From Candidatus Omnitrophota bacterium (GTDB lineage: Bacteria; Omnitrophota; Gorgyraeia; Gorgyraeales; Gorgyraeaceae), in contig JBDRCN010000035.1 of NCBI GenBank assembly GCA_043821705.1, forward strand, positions 43,321-107,320: DNA of 64,000 bases, in the 5' to 3' direction. Below are positions 1-9,871 of this stretch, in pieces (within the stretch, counting starts at the first letter, position 1; each line of letters starts with the position of its first letter). A program made the translations under genes and the position numbers. The notes under the pieces were generated by a model. The model was not told the DNA's origin. It saw only the letters and a list, made by a program, of their open reading frames with translations, and ran no database searches.

Positions 1-349
1 TGTGAAAGATTGAAACTTGAATCGATCTTGTGAAAATAAAATATAAAAAATAAAATAAACACACACTGGTAAATGTGAACACTATGTCCATAAAGACATC
101 TTCTTTATATAAGATATGTGCCTTTACAACATAGACTAAAAAACCTATAAGAGAATAAAGAAAGATATTCAGCCCGAATGTTGTGATAGAAAATATATCC
201 ACCAAGAGGCCTATTAAAGCCCCTATCAGAACAGTAAAACCAAGCCCTTTTCTGAGTCCAGTAAAGACTACAAGGATCATAAGAAGATTAATGTCCTTTA
301 AAATAGTAAGATTAAGGAGCATGAATATAAAAATAAATATAAATAACAT
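1..349 (-). CDS. mreD: Rod shape-determining protein MreD (runs off the window)
   Basis: Manually translated from ATG at 349 (MLFIFIFIFMLLNLTILKDINLLMILVVFTGLRKGLGF...GLLVDIFS); very hydrophobic; directly follows mreB-mreC; not in ORF track. Confidence 0.8.
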   Translation of the reverse strand, partial: MLFIFIFIFMLLNLTILKDINLLMILVVFTGLRKGLGFTVLIGALIGLLVDIFSITTFGLNIFLYSLIGFLVYVVKAHILYKEDVFMDIVFTFTSVCLFYFLYFIFTRSIQVSIFH

Positions 350-350
350 A

Positions 351-1127
351 TTATTTTACTACTAATACCTCTTCTAGTTTCATGATGTCAGCTTCTGGCC
401 TTATTGTCGCATTTAGATACAGGCCACTTGGGTCTTTTTCTACTTTTATTATTTTTCCTATAAGGATGCCTTTTTCATATATTCCGCTAAAACCAGAAGT
501 GATGACTTCATCGCCTTCTTTGACGTCACAATCTAGTTCAAGATATTTCATGATAAGATTCGATCTATCTTTACCAAATACACTGCCTATATCCCTTGTC
601 CTCTGGACGATCCCGCCTACCACCAGGTCCTTGCTTGTTATCAATATGACCCTACTGATACTATATCCTGTCTCATAGACCCTGCCTACTAATCCATGGC
701 CGCCTACGACAGACATGTCCTTTTTAACATTATGTTTTTTTCCTTTATCAATAATGATCGTACTTTGAGATCCGAGATAATCTCTTCCTATTACCATGCT
801 GGGTATGAGCTTAGGCTTGTCTTCTTCAGTAAAATCCAGAAGTTTTTTTAATCTCTGGTTTTCCAGATGATATTCCCTTAAACTTAGATTTATTTTCTCT
901 AGATTTGCTACTGTCTCTTTCAATACCTTGTTTTTAGTATTAAGTTCCCGGAAGCCAGATGTATCATCCAGGGCATAATAAATGCCTGATATGACCTTTA
1001 AAGGAAAGCGAAACATATCTACTATTTTTATGCGGAAATCTTTTGAGAAAACTTGAGAGAGGAATACTAAGCTAATTATGCAAACAAAGATTATTATAAA
1101 GGAAAAGGATGTTTTTTGTCTTCCCAC
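351..1127 (-). CDS. mreC: Rod shape-determining protein MreC
   Basis: N-terminal TM, coiled coil (ENQRLKKLL), IDKGKKHNV, GLVGRV, GDEVITSG motifs; follows mreB. Confidence 0.95.
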   Translation of the reverse strand: MGRQKTSFSFIIIFVCIISLVFLSQVFSKDFRIKIVDMFRFPLKVISGIYYALDDTSGFRELNTKNKVLKETVANLEKINLSLREYHLENQRLKKLLDFTEEDKPKLIPSMVIGRDYLGSQSTIIIDKGKKHNVKKDMSVVGGHGLVGRVYETGYSISRVILITSKDLVVGGIVQRTRDIGSVFGKDRSNLIMKYLELDCDVKEGDEVITSGFSGIYEKGILIGKIIKVEKDPSGLYLNATIRPEADIMKLEEVLVVK

Positions 1128-1145
1128 ACACGAAAGGTCAGTTTT

Positions 1146-2213
1146 TTAGAAATCCAGTTTAGAGCGTACAGTGACTTTCTTTAAATATTTTATCTCGCTT
1201 AATACCTTGCCAGTACCAATAGCAACTGCTGTTAAAGGATCTTCAGCGACATGGACAGGAAGGCCTGTCTCCTCGCTTATCAATTTATCTAAACCCCTTA
1301 AAAGAGCGCCTCCTCCTGCAAGTATTATGCCTCTTTCTATAAGATCTGCTGAAAGTTCAGGCGGTGTCCTCTCTAGGGTCATTCTAGTGGCTTCGAGAAT
1401 AGCTGAAATAGGGCCTGCTACTGCTTCCCTGATCTCTTCAGAAGATATAGTGATAGTCTTAGGAAGACCTGCTACTAGGTCGCGACCGCGCACTTCCATT
1501 GTAAGTTCTTCCTCCAATGGGTAGCTAGATCCTATCTTTATCTTTATATCTTCTGCTGTCCTTTCCCCTATCATTAGATTATATGTCTTTTTAAGATGTT
1601 CAATAATAGCATCATCCAATTCATCTCCGCCTATTCTGATAGAACGTGAAAATACGATCCCTGCTAGAGATATTACAGCTATCTCAGTAGTGCCTCCTCC
1701 AACATCTATTATCATATTTCCGCTTGGTTCCTGGATCGGAAGTCCTACTCCTATAGCTGCTGCAATAGGCTCTTCTACTAGATACACTTCGCGAGCGCCT
1801 GCATGTTCAGCTGAATCTTTCACAGCTCTTTTTTCAACCTCTGTGATGCCAGAAGGTATTGCAATGACCATCCTGGGCCTCACAAACACCCGACGATTAT
1901 GGACCTTTTTTATAAAATATCTAAGCATATCTTCTGTGATCTCAAAATCAGCTATTACACCATCTTTCATTGGCCTTATAGCTACTATGTTGCCCGGGGT
2001 CCTTCCAAGCATCCTCTTTGCCTCTTCGCCTACTGCCAGGACACTATGAGAACCTTTTTGAATAGCTACGACTGAAGGTTCGCAAAGCACGATCCCCTGG
2101 CCTTTTACAAATACCAATGTAGTAGCAGTACCCAGGTCTATCCCCATATCATTTGAGAACATTCCTAGTATATAATTGATACCTTTTTTGATAAGCTTGA
2201 AAAGTTTCGTCAT
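1146..2213 (-). CDS. mreB: Actin-like protein MreB
   Basis: [34 protein letters not shown] motifs. Confidence 0.99.
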   Translation of the reverse strand: MTKLFKLIKKGINYILGMFSNDMGIDLGTATTLVFVKGQGIVLCEPSVVAIQKGSHSVLAVGEEAKRMLGRTPGNIVAIRPMKDGVIADFEITEDMLRYFIKKVHNRRVFVRPRMVIAIPSGITEVEKRAVKDSAEHAGAREVYLVEEPIAAAIGVGLPIQEPSGNMIIDVGGGTTEIAVISLAGIVFSRSIRIGGDELDDAIIEHLKKTYNLMIGERTAEDIKIKIGSSYPLEEELTMEVRGRDLVAGLPKTITISSEEIREAVAGPISAILEATRMTLERTPPELSADLIERGIILAGGGALLRGLDKLISEETGLPVHVAEDPLTAVAIGTGKVLSEIKYLKKVTVRSKLDF

Positions 2214-2255
2214 TTTTCACCTCAGAATAAGTTTAGTGTGATTTATTTAATCCTA

Positions 2256-2284
2256 ATTTTAACAAAACGTTACAACAATGTCAA
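2256..2284 (-). promoter_or_regulatory. Sigma70-type promoter for mreBCD
   Basis: TTGACA-17 bp-TAAAAT with extended TGn on minus strand. Confidence 0.7.
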
Positions 2285-2294
2285 ATCAATTTGT

Positions 2295-3602
2295 CTATTT
2301 AAGTTTTTTCAAGAAACTCACAAAGCCTGGGAAGGATTTATTTATGCAATCAAGGCCTCTTAGAGTGACTTTAGAATCTGATACGAGACCTGCTACAAGC
2401 AAAGTCATCGCAGTCCTATGGTCCCCAAAACTAGAAACCTGGCCACCAGTCAATCTTCCAGTCCCATTTACAATAAGCTCTTCCTTACTTGTGACATGTG
2501 ACTTGTGACATGTGACTTGTATATCTGCTCCTAGTTTAGTAAGATTCGTGACCATGGACATTATTCTATCTGTTTCTTTATAATGCAGCTCTTTTATCCC
2601 TCTTATAACAGTCTTCCCTTTTGCAAAACAAGCTGCAAGCACTATGATAGGTATCTCATCTATAGCTCTCACAACATCTTTTGGCGAGATAGTTACAGCC
2701 TTTAACCTGCTCGGCTTTACAACAATGTCTCCACTGGGTTCGTGATTCGTGAACCGTGATTCGTGAACCGTGATTCGTGCTCCCATCCGCTTCAAGATAT
2801 CCAATATACCTGTTCTTGTGGGATTCAAACCTACGTCCTTAAGCACTATTTTTTTATCCTGCAAAAGACAACCAGCTACTATAAAAAATGCTGCGCTTGA
2901 TATGTCGCCTGGGATCCTGATATTAGAAGGTGATCTTAATCCTTTAGATGAACCTATGCTGATGCTCAGTCCTTTTATTTTTACAGGATATTTAAAGGTC
3001 TTTAACATCCTCTCTGTATGATCCCTGGACCTTACAGGTTCAGTGATAATAGTCTTGCCTTTTGCGTATAAAGATGCGAGCATTATACAGGATTTTACCT
3101 GGGCACTAGCGATCTTTGAATTATATTTAATAGCTTTAAGTTTTCCTCCGTGGATCATTAGAGGCGGGTAGATTTCTTTTTTACCCCTTCCTGTGACACC
3201 TGCACCCATCTTCCTTAATGGCTTTGCGATCCTCAGCATCGGACGCTTAGATAAAGATCTATCCCCGCTCAAGGCCACATCAAAATCTTGTCCAGCCAAT
3301 ATCCCAGGTAATATCCTCATAGTAGTACCTGAATTGCCTACATATAAAATCTTCTTTGGCTTCTTTAGCCCACGAAGGCCAGTTCCTTTCACTGTGATAT
3401 CTATGGATCGGTTTTCCCTGATGTTCCTTTTTTTAAATTTGATCTCTATGCCCATGGAGCGGAATGCCTCTATGGTATGCAGGCAGTCATCTCCTGCCAA
3501 GAGATTATTTATGCGAGTAGTGCCTTTTGAGATAGCACTGAGCATTATTGCTCTGTGAGATATTGACTTATCTGGTGGGACTATTATTTTAACGACTTTC
3601 AA
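2295..3602 (-). CDS. aroA: EPSP synthase (3-phosphoshikimate 1-carboxyvinyltransferase)
   Basis: DKSISHRA, GNSGTTMR, SAQVKS, RDHTERML, PGDISSAAF, KETDRI, DHRTAM. Confidence 0.98.
   Translation of the reverse strand: MKVVKIIVPPDKSISHRAIMLSAISKGTTRINNLLAGDDCLHTIEAFRSMGIEIKFKKRNIRENRSIDITVKGTGLRGLKKPKKILYVGNSGTTMRILPGILAGQDFDVALSGDRSLSKRPMLRIAKPLRKMGAGVTGRGKKEIYPPLMIHGGKLKAIKYNSKIASAQVKSCIMLASLYAKGKTIITEPVRSRDHTERMLKTFKYPVKIKGLSISIGSSKGLRSPSNIRIPGDISSAAFFIVAGCLLQDKKIVLKDVGLNPTRTGILDILKRMGARITVHESRFTNHEPSGDIVVKPSRLKAVTISPKDVVRAIDEIPIIVLAACFAKGKTVIRGIKELHYKETDRIMSMVTNLTKLGADIQVTCHKSHVTSKEELIVNGTGRLTGGQVSSFGDHRTAMTLLVAGLVSDSKVTLRGLDCINKSFPGFVSFLKKLK
2487..2520. repeat. Heptamer tandem array (ACTTGTG/ACATGTG) inside aroA
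   Basis: acttgtg acatgtg acttgtg acatgtg acttgt; encodes VTCHKSHVTSK region. Confidence 0.9.
2740..2779. repeat. Heptamer tandem array (YCGTGAW) inside aroA
   Basis: tcgtgat tcgtgaa ccgtgat tcgtgaa ccgtgat tcgtg; encodes RITVHESRFTNHE. Confidence 0.9.
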
Positions 3603-4395
3603 TAACTATATTGCCTCTTTTTATGGTATTTATATCAGCGCCTTCTAGGAGATTGGCGCTAGACATGGTTTCGTATACTTTATCGATCTCTGCTTCACCT
3701 AGTAAAAGGTTCCTGGAATCCCTTATTTCAATATACATCCCTTGTTCGATCCCGCTACCAAAACCAAGATCCGTGACCACAAAACCATACTCCTTATTTA
3801 CTACGACTACACTGCCTCTTAGAAGATCCTTCTTAGGCTCTGGCCGTCTTGAAGGAGCTCTTTTTTCTACAATAACCTCTTCTTCTGGTTCTTTTAATAC
3901 GATCGTATCCAGGTCTACTGGCCTTCTTTCAAGCTCTACAAGTTTTCTCTCGAGAGATGTTTTTTCCTGTCTTAATTTCGAATGATCTTGATTTAATCTC
4001 TGGTAGCTGATCTGGAGGTCTTGTAGCTTTTTAGCTGTATTTTGGGCTTCTACATCTTTACTTCTTAGAGTCTGTTTCAGATCTTCGAGCTCTTTCTCTT
4101 GCAACGCCGCTGTTCTTCTTTTAGCCCTAGCTTCTCTTAATTCCAGAGAAAGTATCTCCAGATTAGATCTGAGAGACGCATATTCGGAATCTATCTTGTC
4201 TTTTTCTGTCTTTATGGAAAAAACCTCTTTCTCAAGCTTTCTCTTATCTTTCATGATAGAAGAGATCTTGTCTTCCAATAATAACCTTTTTTGATACTCT
4301 TTTTGTTTTTGTTGATAGGTGAGAAACGCAAATCCTGCTAAGACAATAGCTGCAATAAGAATTATTATAAATATTATCTTAAATATACCAGACAT
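3589..4395 (-). CDS. Membrane-anchored coiled-coil protein with C-terminal beta-rich domain, function unknown
   Basis: N-terminal TM, ~130-aa heptad region, C-terminal GSVVVVNKEYGFVVTDLG. Confidence 0.75.
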   Translation of the reverse strand: MSGIFKIIFIIILIAAIVLAGFAFLTYQQKQKEYQKRLLLEDKISSIMKDKRKLEKEVFSIKTEKDKIDSEYASLRSNLEILSLELREARAKRRTAALQEKELEDLKQTLRSKDVEAQNTAKKLQDLQISYQRLNQDHSKLRQEKTSLERKLVELERRPVDLDTIVLKEPEEEVIVEKRAPSRRPEPKKDLLRGSVVVVNKEYGFVVTDLGFGSGIEQGMYIEIRDSRNLLLGEAEIDKVYETMSSANLLEGADINTIKRGNIVIESR

Positions 4396-4413
4396 ATATA
4401 TCCTTTTTTAAAG

Positions 4414-4442
4414 AGTATATAGTTAAATAACTTTTTTGTCAA
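4414..4442 (-). promoter_or_regulatory. Sigma70-type promoter
   Basis: TTGACA-17 bp-TATACT on minus strand. Confidence 0.7.
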
Positions 4443-4456
4443 GAATAATACCTCAA

Positions 4457-4630
4457 CTATCAGCGGACTGTCTTGTCTCACCCCTATCAGCACCGCTCGG
4501 ATTCCCCCAGCGAGGGAATCCTTCGCTTCGTGAAACTTCTCGCTCTGCAAGACATGTATAATCTAGGGCAACCATGCCCGCTCGAACTTTCAAGATGCTT
4601 CTAGGGGTAAGCCAAGCCATCCGCTAATAG
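4457..4630. repeat. Structured repeat family 1, copy 1
   Basis: ~30-bp imperfect terminal IR; hairpin GGATTCCC-CCAGCGA-GGGAATCC; core motifs CTTCTCGCTC and ACCATGCCCGCTCGAAC. Confidence 0.85.
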
Positions 4631-4663
4631 CTACTATAACCAAACCTAGGTTGCATGTATTGG

Positions 4664-4927
4664 CTAGTTGGTCTCGTATGCCTCTAGAGCTATTTCTACT
4701 AGGACATCTTTAAACTCTTTGGTCAGCGGGTAAGCTGTGTTATACCATTTACCATCTTTACTCATTCCACCTGGCATACTTAAAAACAGACCATTCTTCC
4801 CTTCTACGATCTTAAGGCCTTTTACTAAGAACACTCCAGCAAATGCAATGTCCAAAAAAGCCTTGACCTTAGATTCTCCTTCGAGCTTATGCACTCTACG
4901 GACCTCAATACCATTATTATTCGTCAT
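4664..4927 (-). CDS. spoVG: SpoVG family nucleic acid-binding protein
   Basis: VKGLKIVEGKNGLFLSMP motif; GGAGGAGG RBS before ATG 4927. Confidence 0.9.
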   Translation of the reverse strand: MTNNNGIEVRRVHKLEGESKVKAFLDIAFAGVFLVKGLKIVEGKNGLFLSMPGGMSKDGKWYNTAYPLTKEFKDVLVEIALEAYETN

Positions 4928-5375
4928 ACTTATCACCTCCTCCTGTTATATTAGACACAGGAGGGGGTGATTTTCTTTCAAACTTTTTTTCTTTTTCTGG
5001 TATTTTTTTAAAGATCATTACTACGCGCCTAGCGCCTTCGCCTTCCATGACCCACTTAAAACCCATCACAACTGCTGCTAGTAAAAACTGCATAAAGTAT
5101 CTTTTTACTATAAAAGAAAGTAAAAATAAGACCAACGCTGCTATCATCCATGGAAGATCGTTCCTCTTTTTCCGCTTTATACCCAGCTTGTCCTTGATCT
5201 TATTCTTTAGCTCTAGAGAAGGGGTTTTTGCCTTCTTTCTACTCTCATGCGCTACTGCTAAAATATCAAGACACTTATTACAAGTTACTATATGCTTTTC
5301 TATTTTTAATCTCTCATCTTTCGAAAGTGCCTCATCCAGATACGAAGAAAGCATTATGTCATCTAAACAATCCAT
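4917..5375 (-). CDS. zf-HC2 zinc-finger anti-sigma factor, membrane-anchored
   Basis: LSSYLD...HIVTCNKC (HxxxCxxC), two hydrophobic segments, follows ECF sigma. Confidence 0.8.
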   Translation of the reverse strand: MDCLDDIMLSSYLDEALSKDERLKIEKHIVTCNKCLDILAVAHESRKKAKTPSLELKNKIKDKLGIKRKKRNDLPWMIAALVLFLLSFIVKRYFMQFLLAAVVMGFKWVMEGEGARRVVMIFKKIPEKEKKFERKSPPPVSNITGGGDKYDE

Positions 5376-5385
5376 ATCGATCTCC

Positions 5386-5949
5386 TTATTCTATTTTAAA
5401 CTCCCTTAATTTTTCCTTTAGTACTTTTTTCTTTCTGTGGATTATTGTCGAGACTGTATTTGTAGGCAGCCTCATAAAATCCGCTATCTCTCTATGTGTC
5501 TTTTTATAGATAATATTTAACTTCAGTATTATCTTTTCTCTGTTATTAAAATCCCTTATTATGATATCAAATTCTAAAGGTGTCCCCTTTAACCTAGGCT
5601 CACTAGATATATCCTGGGTGAGATTATCGATCCTATAAAACTCATCTTTCCCCAAAAGCCTTTCTTTTCTCTTCCGCACATAATTAAGAGCTCTACTTTG
5701 AGATACTACGCTAAGCCAGGCAGTTATCTTTTTTCTGTTAGCTATTTCTTTTAATCTGTTCTTTTCCAATATCTCAAGAAAGATACCTTGTACAATATCA
5801 TCCAGGTCTTCCTTTGAAAAACTTATCCCATTCCTCCAAAGCCTCTGCCTGGCAGAATAATACACAAGGCCAGAGAACTTACCTATGAAGGCTTCCCAGG
5901 CCATTTCATCCCTATTTATACATCTTTCTATTAAGCTATGTACATCCAT
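5386..5949 (-). CDS. ECF-type RNA polymerase sigma factor
   Basis: Region 2 (DDIVQGIFL, ITAWL) and region 4 (THREIADFMRLPTNTVST). Confidence 0.9.
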   Translation of the reverse strand: MDVHSLIERCINRDEMAWEAFIGKFSGLVYYSARQRLWRNGISFSKEDLDDIVQGIFLEILEKNRLKEIANRKKITAWLSVVSQSRALNYVRKRKERLLGKDEFYRIDNLTQDISSEPRLKGTPLEFDIIIRDFNNREKIILKLNIIYKKTHREIADFMRLPTNTVSTIIHRKKKVLKEKLREFKIE

Positions 5950-5990
5950 TTTGTCAATATCTTGTGGATAATTATAATAAAACTACTATA

Positions 5991-6019
5991 AGTATAATAT
6001 TTTCCAATATGTTGTGCAA
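5991..6019 (-). promoter_or_regulatory. Putative promoter for ECF sigma operon
   Basis: TTGCAC-17 bp-TATACT on minus strand. Confidence 0.5.
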
Positions 6020-6038
6020 TCAGAAGTTTTACACACAA

Positions 6039-7013
6039 TTAGCATATATATTTTATTATGTTATTAAGCTCTTCTGGGAGTTCTGCCTCAAACTCCATTT
6101 TCTTTCCCTTCGTAGGGTGGATAAATTCAATGGACCTTGCGTGCAATGCATGATGCTCTAATCCCTGGGATGGAAAAGTGCTATACATTTTGTCACCTAG
6201 TATTGGATATCCTAGATGTAAAAAATGGATACGTATCTGGTGAGTACGGCCTGTCTTTGGCCTAGCTTCGACAATTGTTATGTTTTTCTTCTTATCTCTC
6301 TTTAATACCTTAAAGTACGTTATAGCCTCTTTCCCCTCTTCTATGTCCACTGCCATCCTGCGCCTATCTTTTTTATCATGGCTGAGAGGTGCGTTTATGA
6401 TCCCCTCATCAAACTCTATTATACCTCTACAGACAGCTAGATATTTTTTAGTCATAGACCTTTCTTTTAATTGCTTGGAAAGCTTTCTTAATGCTGGCCC
6501 GTTCTTGGCAACAATCATTACGCCCGAAGTATCTTTATCAAGCCTATGCACTATTCCTGGCCTTAAGACATGGCGCTCATCTTCTGTCTTCCTAGGTTTA
6601 TTGAAGTCTGTCAAAAACCCTTTATAATTTAAAAGCGCATTCACTAATGTGCCAGAATAATTCCCGCATGCCGGATGCACTACCATACCAGCTGGTTTAT
6701 TTACTACTATTATATCATCATCTTCGTAGATTATATTAAGCGGAAGGTCTTCTGCTCTAGGAGTCTTGCCTTCTTCTTCCAGGAGTGATTCTTCTTCTAA
6801 CTTTTCCTCATCTATTTCTATCAGATCATCTGGTTTTACCTTATGAGATGATTTCACTTCTTTTTTATTAAGATGTACATCACCTGATTCTATTAATCTC
6901 TGGATAACAGATCTTGATATTGCAAGCTCTGGCCGAGTATTAGCAATGTTCTTCGTAACAACATTATCTATTCTCTTGCCATTATCATCCAAGGTAACTA
7001 TCAATTCATACAT
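6039..7013 (-). CDS. rluD: RluA-family pseudouridine synthase (RluD-like)
   Basis: S4 domain, NKPAGMVVHP, GIVHRLDKDTSG, TGRTHQIR. Confidence 0.93.
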   Translation of the reverse strand: MYELIVTLDDNGKRIDNVVTKNIANTRPELAISRSVIQRLIESGDVHLNKKEVKSSHKVKPDDLIEIDEEKLEEESLLEEEGKTPRAEDLPLNIIYEDDDIIVVNKPAGMVVHPACGNYSGTLVNALLNYKGFLTDFNKPRKTEDERHVLRPGIVHRLDKDTSGVMIVAKNGPALRKLSKQLKERSMTKKYLAVCRGIIEFDEGIINAPLSHDKKDRRRMAVDIEEGKEAITYFKVLKRDKKKNITIVEARPKTGRTHQIRIHFLHLGYPILGDKMYSTFPSQGLEHHALHARSIEFIHPTKGKKMEFEAELPEELNNIIKYIC

Positions 7014-7030
7014 ATCTATACTCTAGTGTT

Positions 7031-7116
7031 CCCATCCTACCCCTATTTCCCGAACAACTTGGAAACAGTTTCTAAGTTGTTCGGGAAACTGTTTCCAGAC
7101 TAATAGGGAAAGTGGG
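7031..7116. repeat. Intergenic palindromic element with alternative hairpins
   Basis: IR 7046-7088 (21-bp arms, one G-T) overlapping a second IR 7060-7072/7085-7097. Confidence 0.75.
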
Positions 7117-8178
7117 TCAGTATCCTATTTCTTTTATAATAGCTTCTAGTTTTGCAGGAAGTACATTTGGCTTTTCAATAGATTTTATTGCTCTATCAGG
7201 GTCCTTTAGGCCATGACCAGTCAGGATGCAAATGATCTTTGCTTTTTGTGCTTTCTTGAAAAAACCAGCCTTATTTATCTTTAAGATACCTGCTACAGAT
7301 GCAGCTGATGCAGGCTCCACAAACACGCCTTCTTTATTAGCTAATATCTTATAAGCTTCGAGGATCTCATCATCCGAAACCATATCTATGAGGCCTCCTG
7401 ATTCATCGCGAGCCTCTTCAGCCATCTTCCAACTTGCTGGATTCCCGATACGAATAGCTGTTGCAATAGTCTCTGGTTTTTCAACTACTTTTCCTCGCAC
7501 AATAGGCGCAGCACCTTCAGCTTGGAACCCAAGCATCTTTGGTAGAGATTTTATCTTCCCTTTTGCCTTATATTCTTTGTAACCTTTCCAATACGCAGTA
7601 ATATTCCCTGCATTTCCTACCGGTATAGCATGGAACACTGGAGCTTCTCCATCAAACTGATCGCAGATCTCAAACGCCCCTGTCTTCTGTCCCTCGATCC
7701 TGTAAGGATTCAAAGAATTTACCAGCTGTATAGGATATTTTCGAGCTATCTCTTTTACCAGATTTAATGCCTCATCAAAATTCCCTTTTACAGCTATAAC
7801 TTGGGCATTATGTATCATTGCTTGAGCAAGTTTGCCTAGAGCTATAGCGCCTTCTGGTATCAAGACCACACATTTCATCCTGGCCCTTGCTGAATAAGCT
7901 GCTGCAGAAGCTGAAGTATTCCCAGTAGAAGCACATATGCAAGCCTTTTTCCCTTCTTCAAGCGCCTTTGAGATAGCTAATGTCATGCCTCTATCTTTAA
8001 AAGAACCAGTAGGGTTCAAGCCTTCGTATTTTAGATACACTTCCACATCCCCATCAATAACATCTGAAAGATAACCTGAATAAATGAGAGGAGTATTCCC
8101 CTCATTTAAAGTTATCACAGGAGTCTTCGCACTAATTGGAAGATATTCTTTATACCTATCTATTAAACCTTTATACAT
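7117..8178 (-). CDS. thrC: Threonine synthase
   Basis: [33 protein letters not shown]. Confidence 0.98.
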   Translation of the reverse strand: MYKGLIDRYKEYLPISAKTPVITLNEGNTPLIYSGYLSDVIDGDVEVYLKYEGLNPTGSFKDRGMTLAISKALEEGKKACICASTGNTSASAAAYSARARMKCVVLIPEGAIALGKLAQAMIHNAQVIAVKGNFDEALNLVKEIARKYPIQLVNSLNPYRIEGQKTGAFEICDQFDGEAPVFHAIPVGNAGNITAYWKGYKEYKAKGKIKSLPKMLGFQAEGAAPIVRGKVVEKPETIATAIRIGNPASWKMAEEARDESGGLIDMVSDDEILEAYKILANKEGVFVEPASAASVAGILKINKAGFFKKAQKAKIICILTGHGLKDPDRAIKSIEKPNVLPAKLEAIIKEIGY

Positions 8179-8183
8179 AATAG

Positions 8184-9485
8184 TTATTTCTCCAATCTTA
8201 TAAGTACACTTTTTCGTTTTATTGCATTTAACTTATCTATCTTTCTTAATGCGTTCTGTACGTCAGCTTCCTTAGCTTCATGAGTGATCATCACTACAGG
8301 CACTATCTGTGCAATGCGCCTTTCTTTTTGCACAACGCTTGCGATGCTGATATTGTTTTTTCCCAATATATCAGTGATCCTGGCCAACACGCCTGGTTTA
8401 TCAATAGTAGAAAAATGTATATAATATCTGGTATGTACATCGTCCATCTTCTTTATCTTGTCGATCTCTTGTTTTCTTGCAAAATTGCCTTTGCGGACAT
8501 CTCTCCCTACACTGATAGCATGACCCACATGGATAATATCGCTCAATACTGCACTTGCAGTAGGAAGTTTCCCAGCTCCCTTTCCATAATAGACCTGCTC
8601 CCCTACTAGATCCGCATCAATCGATATAGCATTATATACGCCCGAGACAGATGAAAGCAGATATTCCGATGGGAGTAAAGTCGGGTGCACTCTTAATTCA
8701 AGTTTCCCAGCCTCAGCCTTTGCTATAGCAAGAAGTTTTACTACATAACCAAGCTCTCTCGCGTATTCTATATCGAATGGAGAGATATTCTGGATACCTT
8801 CTGTGTAGATGTCCTTCATCTTGACCCTCTTGCCAAATGCAAGAAGACTCAATATTGATAATTTATGCGCAGAATCCAATCCATTTATATCAAGCGAAGG
8901 GTCTTTTTCAGCATAGCCTTTATCTTGAGCTTCTTTAAGTACTTTTTTAAAATCAGCTCCCTCACTAGTCATCTTTGACAATATATAATTCGAAGTACCG
9001 TTCAAAATGCCAAATATGTTTACAAATCTATTACTAGCCAATCCCTCTCTGATAGATCTTACAATAGGTATGCCGCCAGCTACACTAGCTTCGAAAAGTA
9101 CATATTTCCCTGCCTTCGCTGCCTTACTAAATATTTCATCTCCATTAGTAGCTAGAAGCAATTTATTGGCAGTCACTACGTGCTTACCTTTTGCTAAAGC
9201 CCTAAGCACGAACTCTTTTGCAGGATGTACCCCTCCCACAAGTTCCACGACAATATCTATCTTAGGATCATTGATGACTTTATCTATATCCTTGGTAAGG
9301 ATCCCTTTTGGAAGAGAAACATCTCTCTTGGTAGAGACATCCTTGTCACAGACTGCTTTTAGATTAAGGTCCAGCCCAGTCCTCTCATAAAAGATCTTTC
9401 GTCTTTCACGTAGAAGTTTTACTACCCCAGAACCTATAGTCCCAAAACCTATCACACCAATATTTATTAAATTTTTTTGTGCCAT
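8184..9485 (-). CDS. hom: Homoserine dehydrogenase with ACT domain
   Basis: [34 protein letters not shown]-terminal DKPGVL. Confidence 0.98.
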   Translation of the reverse strand: MAQKNLINIGVIGFGTIGSGVVKLLRERRKIFYERTGLDLNLKAVCDKDVSTKRDVSLPKGILTKDIDKVINDPKIDIVVELVGGVHPAKEFVLRALAKGKHVVTANKLLLATNGDEIFSKAAKAGKYVLFEASVAGGIPIVRSIREGLASNRFVNIFGILNGTSNYILSKMTSEGADFKKVLKEAQDKGYAEKDPSLDINGLDSAHKLSILSLLAFGKRVKMKDIYTEGIQNISPFDIEYARELGYVVKLLAIAKAEAGKLELRVHPTLLPSEYLLSSVSGVYNAISIDADLVGEQVYYGKGAGKLPTASAVLSDIIHVGHAISVGRDVRKGNFARKQEIDKIKKMDDVHTRYYIHFSTIDKPGVLARITDILGKNNISIASVVQKERRIAQIVPVVMITHEAKEADVQNALRKIDKLNAIKRKSVLIRLEK

Positions 9486-9496
9486 AACCTCATCCT

Positions 9497-9847
9497 TTAT
9501 TTGCCAGAACCATGTTCAATCACTTCTTTAATAAAATGTAGATCTTTATCTTTTATCTCAATAAACTTGACCCTAGTATCACACAACATCCCAGAACCTC
9601 GCTTTTTTGAATCCACAACTTCTCCTTTTATATCAATATAATCTGCAGCCTGGGGAACTTTTAATTTTATATCTAGCATTGCACCTTGGGCTAACTCTTT
9701 ATCAGTAGTGAACAGGATCCCTCCTTCACTGATATTCCTGGTCTGGGTTATATCAGCCTTTGGACTCTTTACTTCAACAACAGTATATGATACAACAAAA
9801 GACCTATCAACTCTTAAAAATTGTCTGCGTTCAGGTTTACCCTGCAT
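9497..9847 (-). CDS. PilZ domain protein (c-di-GMP receptor)
   Basis: RRQFLR (RxxxR) and NISEGG (D/NxSxxG). Confidence 0.85.
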   Translation of the reverse strand: MQGKPERRQFLRVDRSFVVSYTVVEVKSPKADITQTRNISEGGILFTTDKELAQGAMLDIKLKVPQAADYIDIKGEVVDSKKRGSGMLCDTRVKFIEIKDKDLHFIKEVIEHGSGK

Positions 9848-9871
9848 ATCATACCTCTCTTTTATGAGATT

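Noticed and set aside
6572-6600. Possible decayed heptamer insert in rluD (PRKTEDER)
   Set aside because: Only about two imperfect units, which cannot be told apart from chance
7117-9485. hom-thrC without thrB
   Set aside because: A common arrangement; the kinase is often elsewhere or replaced
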